NCBI GenBank assembly: GCA_043809265.1
Contig: JAZDDY010000120.1
Coordinates: 1 to 40,442, forward strand
From: Candidatus Iainarchaeum sp.
GTDB lineage: Archaea; Iainarchaeota; Iainarchaeia; Iainarchaeales; DTGL01
Reading direction: 5' to 3'
DNA length: 40,442 nucleotides
Below, one piece after another: positions 1 to 7,800 of this stretch. Each line of letters opens with the position of its first letter. Positions within the stretch are counted from its first letter, which is position 1. The translations under genes and the position numbers were made by a program. The notes beneath the pieces were generated by a model. The model saw only the letters and a program-made list of their open reading frames with translations, was not told where the DNA came from and did no database searches.

Positions 1-659
1 CTTTTCACTGTTTTTTCCAGCATTGGGCTGCTTTTAAGGCCGCCCTTCAAAGGCCTCTGCAAATCCTGTATTTCGGGCGGCCCGTCAAACGAAACCTGGA
101 AGCTTTTAATCCTGTCCACAACCCCAAGATAGTCTTGCGGATTGCCGGTGCCGTTTGTCGACATTTTGATTTTCTCTATCTCGAGCTTCTCGACTGCATA
201 GTCCAGCGTTTCCTTGAATGCCCTGAAATCGCCTACCTGCTCCCCGGCCGAAAAAAAAGTCACCCACACCGGCTGTTTTTTTTCAGCAATGAAATCCACT
301 GCTTTTTTCAGCATTTCAATCGAAGCGTTTTTTCCTTTCCTGTTTTTCTCGGCGCCAAAGCAATAAGTGCACCCCATATTGCATTTGCTGGTGACCACGG
401 GGGCAAAATATTTGAAGCCCCCCCCTTCCGCAAAGGGCTTGGTTGAGTTTTTTGCAAGGAACGTTTCCCCGAAGGCGTCAAAGGCTTCGTGGTCCATTGC
501 AAAGGTTTTCCTCGACGTGCTGCAAAACAGCACAACCCGGCCGTTTTTCTCGAAAAGCCTGTGAAGGAAAGGCCTGTTTTTGGCTATTTCCCCCCCGATC
601 TCCGCCCTGCCGCGGAGCCGAAGGATTTCTCTGCTATTTTGGAAAATTTTGGCTTGCAT
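1..659 (-). CDS. Radical SAM protein (anSME/SPASM-type peptide maturase-like), 3' end beyond the window edge
   Basis: Not in the ORF track; translated by hand from ATG 659: MQAKIFQNSREIL...VVTSKCNMGCTYCFG...TFFSAGEQ...KMSTNGTG...QVSFDGPPEIQDLQRP, open to base 1. Has CxxxCxxC, a GGE-like SAGE, TNG and SxDG motifs. Starts 10 nt after the precursor stop. Confidence 0.9.
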   Translation of the reverse strand, partial: MQAKIFQNSREILRLRGRAEIGGEIAKNRPFLHRLFEKNGRVVLFCSTSRKTFAMDHEAFDAFGETFLAKNSTKPFAEGGGFKYFAPVVTSKCNMGCTYCFGAEKNRKGKNASIEMLKKAVDFIAEKKQPVWVTFFSAGEQVGDFRAFKETLDYAVEKLEIEKIKMSTNGTGNPQDYLGVVDRIKSFQVSFDGPPEIQDLQRPLKGGLKSSPMLEKTVK

Positions 660-669
660 AAATTTTCAC

Positions 670-1065
670 TCAGGTGCAATACTTTGCGGAGCAAACGCTT
701 ACGCAACTTGAGTGGCAGCTTGCATGGCATGAGCTGTGGCAGCTGCTGTGGCAGCTTGAGTGGCATGAGCTGTGGCAGCTTGAGTGGCATGAGCTGTGCG
801 AACTGTGCGAGCTGTGCGATGAGTGCGAGGCATGCGATGCGTGGTGGCCGTGCTTTGTCACCATCTGGCCGCTGTTCCAGCCAACGGAAAAATAGTTTGA
901 ATGTGCCGCGGCAACCGTCGGCAGCAGGTTCAGGATGGAAATCGAGCCAAGGAATGCGCCCAGCGAGATCATCCTGTGCTTTGAGATGCCGCCCCGCTCT
1001 TCTATCATGAAAGTTTTAAGGTTCTTTTTTATTTCCTTTACCAAATCCTTTTTTTGGCCAGCCAT
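670..1065 (-). CDS. hxsA: His-Xaa-Ser repeat precursor peptide (HxsA-like) with an added Cys-Xaa-Xaa-Xaa repeat tail
   Basis: 131 aa: basic N-terminus, hydrophobic stretch ending VAAA, then HGH-(HxS)6-(CHxS)7[11 protein letters not shown]. Surrounded by radical SAM and HxsD-like genes. Confidence 0.85.
   Translation of the reverse strand: MAGQKKDLVKEIKKNLKTFMIEERGGISKHRMISLGAFLGSISILNLLPTVAAAHSNYFSVGWNSGQMVTKHGHHASHASHSSHSSHSSHSSCHSSCHSSCHSSCHSSCHSSCHASCHSSCVSVCSAKYCT
700..850 (-). repeat. Coding tandem repeats (9-bp then 12-bp units) encoding HxS and CHxS
   Basis: + strand units gagtggcagctt / gagctgtggcag / gagtggcatgag vary mainly at synonymous positions. Confidence 0.9.
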
Positions 1066-1087
1066 CGTTTAAACTATACTTTGTTCA

Positions 1088-1103
1088 TATTTAAATACTT
1101 TTC
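1088..1103 (-). promoter_or_regulatory. Putative archaeal BRE-TATA promoter of the precursor gene
   Basis: Minus strand GAAAAGTATTTAAATA ending about 23 nt upstream of ATG 1065; spacing fits a leaderless transcript. Confidence 0.6.
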
Positions 1104-1105
1104 AT

Positions 1106-1963
1106 TCAGGCAGGCTTTGCTTGGGCATGGCCTGCATTGCCTTGTTCTTTTTCAAGGTCAAAACACATGCACTTTTCCGCCATGCCGCAGCCATTGCACT
1201 TCTCAGTGCCCGAAGGGCACATCATCATCCGTTTTTTATGGTGCGGCTCATAGAAAAAGTTTGAATCTTTTTTGGCGGCGCATGCCGGCAGTTTTTCAAA
1301 GACAAGGGAAAGATCCTTGCCCTCTGCAAACTGGAGCGCTTTGCCGATTTCTTTCCTGGTGCTTTCAAAATCCGGGACAAGGTCCTGCCTGCGGTCCATC
1401 TTCCCTAATTTTACCAGGCCTGAAATTTTAATGTTTTTTACCCCGAGAGTTGACAAAAAATCGACTGTTCCAAGCAAATCGCCCAGATTTTTGCTTGTCA
1501 GCACGATGTTCACGGTTACCGGGATTTTTTCATCCAGCAGGTTCCTGATGCCTGCCACGGTTTCGGAATGGCTTCCCGGGGTGCCTGTGAGGAAATCATG
1601 GGTGTTTTCCTTATGGCTGAACAGCGTGGTCACAACCATTGTCAGCCTGAGTCCCCTCAGTTTTTTTGCGAGGGATTTTTGGGAAAGCGGCCTGCAGTTC
1701 GTGGAAATCATGAAAGTGACATCGGTTTTGGCCAGATATTCCAGAATTTTGAAAATATTGGGGTCAAGGAACGGCTCGCCGCCGTAAAGGAAAATGTGCT
1801 TGTTTTTTGAAGCCAGATAATCGATTTCTTCCTTGTACCAGCCGAACTCCCTTGGCTGGTTGTCCGGTTCCCCAAAGTCGTCGCAGATAATGCAGTTGTT
1901 GTTGCATCGCATTGGAAATTTGAGAATCCTTAATTTCCTGTAAAATTCCATTCTGTCCTTCAT
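1106..1963 (-). CDS. Radical SAM protein (HxsC-related) with C-terminal Cys cluster
   Basis: CNNNCIIC, LYGGEP, ISTN, C-terminal CNGCGMAEKCMC. Start moved to ATG 1963 (MKDRMEF; 1951 also possible) because the ORF-track start overlaps the upstream gene by about 100 nt. Confidence 0.85.
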   Translation of the reverse strand: MKDRMEFYRKLRILKFPMRCNNNCIICDDFGEPDNQPREFGWYKEEIDYLASKNKHIFLYGGEPFLDPNIFKILEYLAKTDVTFMISTNCRPLSQKSLAKKLRGLRLTMVVTTLFSHKENTHDFLTGTPGSHSETVAGIRNLLDEKIPVTVNIVLTSKNLGDLLGTVDFLSTLGVKNIKISGLVKLGKMDRRQDLVPDFESTRKEIGKALQFAEGKDLSLVFEKLPACAAKKDSNFFYEPHHKKRMMMCPSGTEKCNGCGMAEKCMCFDLEKEQGNAGHAQAKPA

Positions 1964-2040
1964 GATAAAAAATCCACTCAAAAGAAAATAAATAAGTTTC
2001 CCCGCCGCGCTTTTCAGGCCGCCCGAAAATTGCGAAGCCG

Positions 2041-2886
2041 TCAGGCAGGGCACGGCCCGAACTCTTCTTCCCCGGCGAGCGGCAGGTAGGTTTTCCATAT
2101 CTGCGGGCAACTCGCTTTTGCCCTGCAGGAATTGCATTTTCCAAGCAATGTGAGCTCTGATTCCTGTTTTGTTATTCCTTCGGCCAAAGGCCGGTACTTT
2201 TCAGGGATTGTGCATAGCGGGAAATGGAACAATTTTGTTTCAATGCCTTTCTCAAGCAGCAGGTCGGCGGCTTCAAGCACAAAAGGGTTGCTTTTTGCTA
2301 TCCTCAAAAAAACCTGTTCCCTGTTCAGGAAAGCATTGCCGGTGTACTTCAAATTGATGAATACAACGCGTTCAAGCCCTGGAAAGGCTTCGGCCGCAAA
2401 TTTTGCTGTTTCCTTGAGTTCCCTGTAATTCGCTTTTTCGACAAGAATCCTCAGTTCAACCTTGAAGCCTTTGCCCAAAAGGTTTTTTATTCCCTGGATT
2501 GTTTCGCTCCAGCTTCCCTTGGCGCGGGTTATGCGGTCGTGCACTTCTTCCCGGTGGCTGTACAATGGAATGCCGAACCTCAAAGGCTCGATTTCAAGAG
2601 AAAGGAGTTTTTCAAAAAAATCCTTTTCGGAAAACCTGCGTCCGTTTGTCACAATGAAAATAAATTTTTCCGGATGTTTTTTCCTCGCATATTCGAGGAT
2701 TTCAAAAAATTCTTTCCTGAGCGTCGGTTCGCCGCCTGTAAAACTGATTATGTCTTTTTCCGGAACATTGTCTATGGCATCCTTTACCTGCTTGAGAAAC
2801 GAATCCCTCCTGTTTTTTGCCTGCCTTGTGTCGGAAATGCAGCTGATGCAGTCGTTGTTGCACTGGAAAGTCAAAGGCCATTCCAT
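2041..2886 (-). CDS. hxsC: His-Xaa-Ser system radical SAM maturase, HxsC-like
   Basis: CNNDCISC, FTGGEPT, VTNGRRF, GIPLYSH..EVHD, VELRI, FHFPLC and C-terminal CxxCxxxxxC; context of an HxS precursor plus HxsD. Confidence 0.75.
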   Translation of the reverse strand: MEWPLTFQCNNDCISCISDTRQAKNRRDSFLKQVKDAIDNVPEKDIISFTGGEPTLRKEFFEILEYARKKHPEKFIFIVTNGRRFSEKDFFEKLLSLEIEPLRFGIPLYSHREEVHDRITRAKGSWSETIQGIKNLLGKGFKVELRILVEKANYRELKETAKFAAEAFPGLERVVFINLKYTGNAFLNREQVFLRIAKSNPFVLEAADLLLEKGIETKLFHFPLCTIPEKYRPLAEGITKQESELTLLGKCNSCRAKASCPQIWKTYLPLAGEEEFGPCPA

Positions 2887-2895
2887 TCAGCCCAC

Positions 2896-3846
2896 CTAAT
2901 ACCCCTGCAGCCTGAATCCGTTTTCTTCAATGTATTTTCCCTCAACCGGTTTGAATTCTTCAAAGCCCCTTGCTTTCGTGTATTCTGTGAACGGCCCAGG
3001 GCAAAGCAAAAAATATTTGCAGTTTTTGCATTCCAGGCCTTTTTCCCTGTATTTAAACCTTGTTTTTTTCAGGTCTGCCTTGAAGTTCGGGCCGATGAGG
3101 ATTGTTTCGGCTTTTGAAAGTTCCGACATCAGGGAAGGGTGCTTTGGCAAAATGCACGGATACAAATTGTGGAGGAAAGGCTTCCCGCCGCCTTCAAGCA
3201 ATAAATCGCAGGCCTTTTCGATGTAAGGGGCTGCCTCGCTGATCGAAGGCATCATTTCGTTGAAATGCTCCTTGGCAAAACCGTCCGGAATCGCAAAATT
3301 TAAGTGGTTGCTTTTGGTGTTCTTGCTGAATTTCAGCAGGAGCGCTGCAATTTCAGGCAAAACCCTGAAATTATAGCGGCATATGACGGTGCTTGTCCTT
3401 TTCTCAATGCCCATTTTTTCAAGATTTTCCAGGCCGCGCATTTTTGCCTCAAAAGAGCCATTGGTTTGCGTCAAAAAATCCTCCAGTTCCGCGTTCGGCG
3501 CGTGAATCGACACAAGCACCCTGTTGACGCCTGATTCCGCAAGCAATTCCACGTATTCCCGGTATTTGAGCATGCAGCCGTTGGTCTGCACTTCGATTGT
3601 CTCAAAGCCCATTTTTTTTGCAAGTTGTGCAGCCCTCGGCAAATCCTTGCGCATTGTGGGCTCGCCGCCTGAAAAAGAAACAATGCCGGCGTTTTCCTTT
3701 GCCGCAAATTCCAGGTCTTTTTTTATTTCATTCCAGGTTCTAGCGTCACCATCGTTCAAAATCTTGTGGCCGACCGAGCAGAAAATGCAGCGCTGGTTGC
3801 AGCGCCAGTTCATCAGAATTTCAACCTTTCGCTGGCCTTCAGTCAT
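2896..3846 (-). CDS. Radical SAM protein (HxsC-related paralog)
   Basis: CNQRCIFC, FSGGEPT, VQTNG, YPC, C-terminal CKNCKYFLLCPG. Confidence 0.88.
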   Translation of the reverse strand: MTEGQRKVEILMNWRCNQRCIFCSVGHKILNDGDARTWNEIKKDLEFAAKENAGIVSFSGGEPTMRKDLPRAAQLAKKMGFETIEVQTNGCMLKYREYVELLAESGVNRVLVSIHAPNAELEDFLTQTNGSFEAKMRGLENLEKMGIEKRTSTVICRYNFRVLPEIAALLLKFSKNTKSNHLNFAIPDGFAKEHFNEMMPSISEAAPYIEKACDLLLEGGGKPFLHNLYPCILPKHPSLMSELSKAETILIGPNFKADLKKTRFKYREKGLECKNCKYFLLCPGPFTEYTKARGFEEFKPVEGKYIEENGFRLQGY

Positions 3847-3927
3847 TCAATCCCCAAACAAATAGTGAAATAAAGCCTTTAATAACGGTGTCCTGCTCTT
3901 TCCCAAAAACAGGCAAATTCAAAATTT

Positions 3928-4167
3928 TTAAAGGCCTGTGCCTTTCACTACTGCCAGAAGAAGATTGCAGAATTCCAGCGCCGTTTCCTTCAAAGGCTCG
4001 CTGCCGTGGGATTTCACAAGCAAGTGAAAATAGGATTTGTCTTCTTTTTCCAAAAATTCAACGCCCTGGAACCGCCTAGCGGCTTCCTCTACCGCTTCCT
4101 TGGAATAAAAATTTTTTGAAACAGTCAATTCCGCGGCATTGGCTTTTTTGTCAACTTTAATGCACAT
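3928..4167 (-). CDS. HxsD-like small protein
   Basis: 79 aa with FYSKEAVEEAA...F and ALEFCNLLL, resembling HxsD-like proteins; tightly coupled to the upstream gene. Confidence 0.65.
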   Translation of the reverse strand: MCIKVDKKANAAELTVSKNFYSKEAVEEAARRFQGVEFLEKEDKSYFHLLVKSHGSEPLKETALEFCNLLLAVVKGTGL

Positions 4168-4168
4168 T

Positions 4169-4672
4169 TCACTTGCACTCTTCCGGTTTTTTCAACCCCT
4201 TGGCCTTGTCAGGCGTCCAGGGCTTTGCAATGCCTTCAGGGTCCTGGACATACAAATCCTCGTCTTTCGGCATTTCAATGCTTTTCGCCTTTTCTTTGAG
4301 CAAATCGTCCCCGCATTCAGGGCAATACTCTTTTTCCTGTGCTTCCGCCGCCCCGATGTTTGTCGCAAGCGCCCTCTTGATTATGGCCTCCCTTATACTC
4401 TGGTTTCTTGCTGCCTGCACTGCAAAATTTGCGTAATTTATCAGCTCATCATGGAGCTCGAGCGCGATTTTTTCAATTTCGCCTTTGCCGGCTTTCTGGT
4501 TTTTCGGCCGGATGATGACTTTTATGTCGTTTTCAGGGTTGCCGTCCAGAAGGAAATAGGCCTTGTCAAGCAAAACATATGTTGCGGCATAAACAACTTC
4601 CAACGGAAAAACCTTGGGGTTTACAGAAACAATTGCCTTGCCTTCTTTCGGGAACAGTTCGATGTTTTTCAT
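4169..4672 (-). CDS. hxsD: His-Xaa-Ser system protein HxsD with C-terminal extension (CPEC)
   Basis: VNPKVFPLEVVYAATYVLLDKAY...LELHDELINY...IREAIIKRAL matches the HxsD pattern; first gene of the cluster. Confidence 0.7.
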   Translation of the reverse strand: MKNIELFPKEGKAIVSVNPKVFPLEVVYAATYVLLDKAYFLLDGNPENDIKVIIRPKNQKAGKGEIEKIALELHDELINYANFAVQAARNQSIREAIIKRALATNIGAAEAQEKEYCPECGDDLLKEKAKSIEMPKDEDLYVQDPEGIAKPWTPDKAKGLKKPEECK

Positions 4673-4838
4673 GCTAAAAAGTATCCAGCCAAGCTTTTAA
4701 AAATCGTGCGCAGCCAAGCCGCGCAAATTTTTTTTCAATCCCTCTTTTCAATTCAAAGCAAACCTTTAAATTCAACAATATATTAATAGATAACAGAATC
4801 AAAAACAGTCTCCCGCTTAATGCTCAAAGGGAGAAAAA

Positions 4839-7800
4839 ATGGGACCACAGAATATACAACGCACTTCGCAGATTTTGCTACTCCTCGCTTTAGCCACTGC
4901 ATTCCTGCCCGCATACTGTTTTGCCCAACTCTGCACAGGCGGCCTTGGAATTACCGGCGCACAGGACTGCATCGGCACTAATACTGTCCCGTGCCATAAC
5001 TGCGATTCAAGCGACATGGATTTTGAAATAAGGGCTCCGGATGACACAAACACCACCGGCTGGGTGAACGAAACCTATTCAGGCGCTGTCGGCACATGCC
5101 CTTCTGCCTGTTCAGAGGAAACCTGGCTCAACAGTTACGGCTACACTTTCTGCCATGCCGAAGGCGCATACGATGCGCGCACAAGGTCTTATTCGCAGGA
5201 CGGCGGCACATATGACTGGGAAACAAGCGACTGGAATATTGGAGTATACACAGTAAACTGGGATGCCTTGCAGAACTGGTGCACCTGCAAGACAGGCTCA
5301 AGCGCAAACTGGTTTAGCACTGTTTCAGGCGGCTCGAACGGCCAGTGCTGCGGAGACGATGCAGCAAGCGACGACTTTTACTATTACACCGCCAGCCCGA
5401 CAACAGCTTCAACGCTTGACTGCACTCGCTGCTCCAACGGAACAAAAGCAGGCCCGACAACGCTTTACGGCAACGGCAAATGGTCCGGCACAGACAAAAC
5501 CACAGACACAAGCGGCACCTGCTATTCTGGAGACATCACCTGCAATGACACCACAGCCTCAAATGGCACCTCTGGAACTTATTACGGCAACGGTTATTGG
5601 TCAGGCGCAAGCCCTCTCACAGACACAAGCGGCACATGCTATTACGGCGACATCACCTGCTCCGACGGTTCTGCAGCAAACGGCACTTCAGGCACCTATT
5701 ACGGGAACGGCTATACAACCGCAAACTCCACAACAGACAAGAACGGCTTGTGCCGTTATGGCGACATCACCTGCTCTAACGGTTCGGCTGCAAACGGCGC
5801 TTCAAACTACATATATGGAAACGGCTCGGCTTTCGGCACAACCTGCCATTACGGCGACTGGACCTGCGCAAACGGCTCGGACTCCAACGGCGCCTCCTGC
5901 ACGCTTGCCTGCAGCGGCTTAGGCACAGCCTGCTGCACAAGCCAGAGCAATTACAGGGACACAATCACATGCGCCGAATCAGGGTGCGGTCAAACAGACC
6001 ATGAAAGGGACACAGGGCAATCATATTGCACAGCAACAGCCAGCGGCTGCACAGCCTACATCTGGGATTCTTTGGGTTCAAAATGCTGCGGCGACGACGG
6101 TTCAGGGGATTCGTTTTGCACCACAGGCGGCGGTTCCTGCATGAGCGGAACATGGAATGCCAATCACTGCCTTGATGGAGTAAAAAACTGCACTGAGGTC
6201 GGCATTGACACAGGCGGAACAGACTGCAATCTTGCAGCAACAGACATGGCAGCGCCGACCACGACCAGCGATGCAAACACAGCATGGCAAACATCAAACC
6301 AGACAATAACCCTGACATGCAGCGATGGTTCCGCGGTTGGCGCCACAGGATGCCAGGCAACATATTATTGCATTGACGATTATAACACCTGCCTGCCTTC
6401 GATTGCCGGGACAACAGTGCAAGTGAACTGCGCATCGAATGACGTGAATAGGAAGTTTGTAAGGTTTTATTCATTGGACTACAATTCGAATGTCGAGGCC
6501 GTGAAAAGCGCTTACATAAGGATTGACAAGCAAAAGCCGAGCACAGACAACAATATCAGCACTTCATGGGTTGATGCGAACGTGCACGTGAAATTTTCCT
6601 GCACTGATTACAACGGTTCCGGCTGCTATCTCACCCAGTACAGGCAGGACACCAACCCAAGCAAGGAACTTACCTGGGGGGCATGGGCAACTTACACCGG
6701 CGCAATAATTTTCGGCTCAGATGGAAATTACGCTGTCGATTTCAATTCGAAAGACGCTGTCGGTAACATTGAGAGCACAATCAGGATGCTGGTGAAAATC
6801 GACAAGGGCATTGCCTTGATTTGGCCGATGGAAACATATTCTTACTATTCAACCTATGACGGCAATGTGATAGTGCAGTTCACGCAGGACGGCAACCACC
6901 AATTGGATTTCAATTCAAGGGATGTAGCAGGAAACGTTGAGCAGGTCAGGACTGTCTGGGTCGCAATCGACAAATCCCCGCCGGTTACAGTGGACGACTT
7001 GAATGCCGCATGGCATACTGTGAACTTTTCCGTTACGCTGACCTGCCGCGATGCCGCAAAACAGTGCACTTTGACAAAGTACAGGATTGACTCTGATGCG
7101 ACAAGCAGCGTTTCCATCGGGGCATGGAATACTTATTCCACGCCGATTTCAATTTCAACCGACGGCAACTGGGCAATAGACTATAATTCAACAGACTATG
7201 TGGGGTGGATTGAAGCCACACACACGATTTATGCGCTCTTGGACAAAAACGCGCCCACGACCACGGATGATGCGAACACCGCCTGGCGCAACAGCAATCT
7301 GGCTGTAACCCTTACCGCAACCGATTCCACTTCAGGAGTGAAGGACACGCTTTTCTGCCAAACAACAGGCTCCTGCACTCCGAGCGTTTCAGGCAACAAT
7401 TTCACTATTTCCTGCCCTTCAGAGGCAGTCTGCACAGAATATCTCTATTACAGGTCGATCGACATTGCCGGAAACCAGGAATCGATAAAAAATACCGGTG
7501 AAATAAAAATCGACAAGCAGTCTCCAATCGTCAGCGATGACGCCAATTCGGCCTGCCAGTTCTCTGATCAGACAGTGAATATAGAGAGCTATGACTGGAA
7601 CGGTTCAGGCATTTTAGGAACATATTATTGCGTTGACGACTCCAATTCCTGCGAGCCGAGCACAAGCGGCTCTTCGGCAAGCGTCACCTGCGATGCCAAT
7701 TCAACCTGCCAGAAATACGTGCGCTACAATGCAGTCGATTTGGCAGGCAACGCGTCCAGCATGCACGCACCCAAACTCATCATTGACAAGGGGGCCTCGA

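Noticed and set aside
660-672. Precursor ends in TGA after a Cys-rich tail, suggesting possible selenocysteine readthrough
   Set aside because: The TGA is not in the Cys register, the readthrough is short and featureless and overlaps the next gene, and no SECIS was recognised
489-1010. + strand ORFs over the precursor (489-1010 with GMSCGSLS repeats; 674-895 with WQLEWHEL repeats)
   Set aside because: Antisense shadows of the HxS/CHxS repeat; the minus-strand reading fits the cluster orientation, promoter and family
1964-2137. Extended N-terminus of the 343-aa ORF
   Set aside because: Overlaps the upstream radical SAM gene and an AT-rich promoter-like gap; ATG 1963 is more plausible
2224-3117. 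Long + strand ORFs (2224-3117, 4139-4786, 38002-38793, 38794-39564, 26268-26960 and similar)
   Set aside because: Antisense to well-supported genes; F/S-rich composition mirrors K/E-rich sense codons
5263-5922. 219-aa alternative-frame ORF inside the giant gene
   Set aside because: Frame-shifted shadow of a repetitive low-stop region (A/T/Q/P-rich) with no motifs
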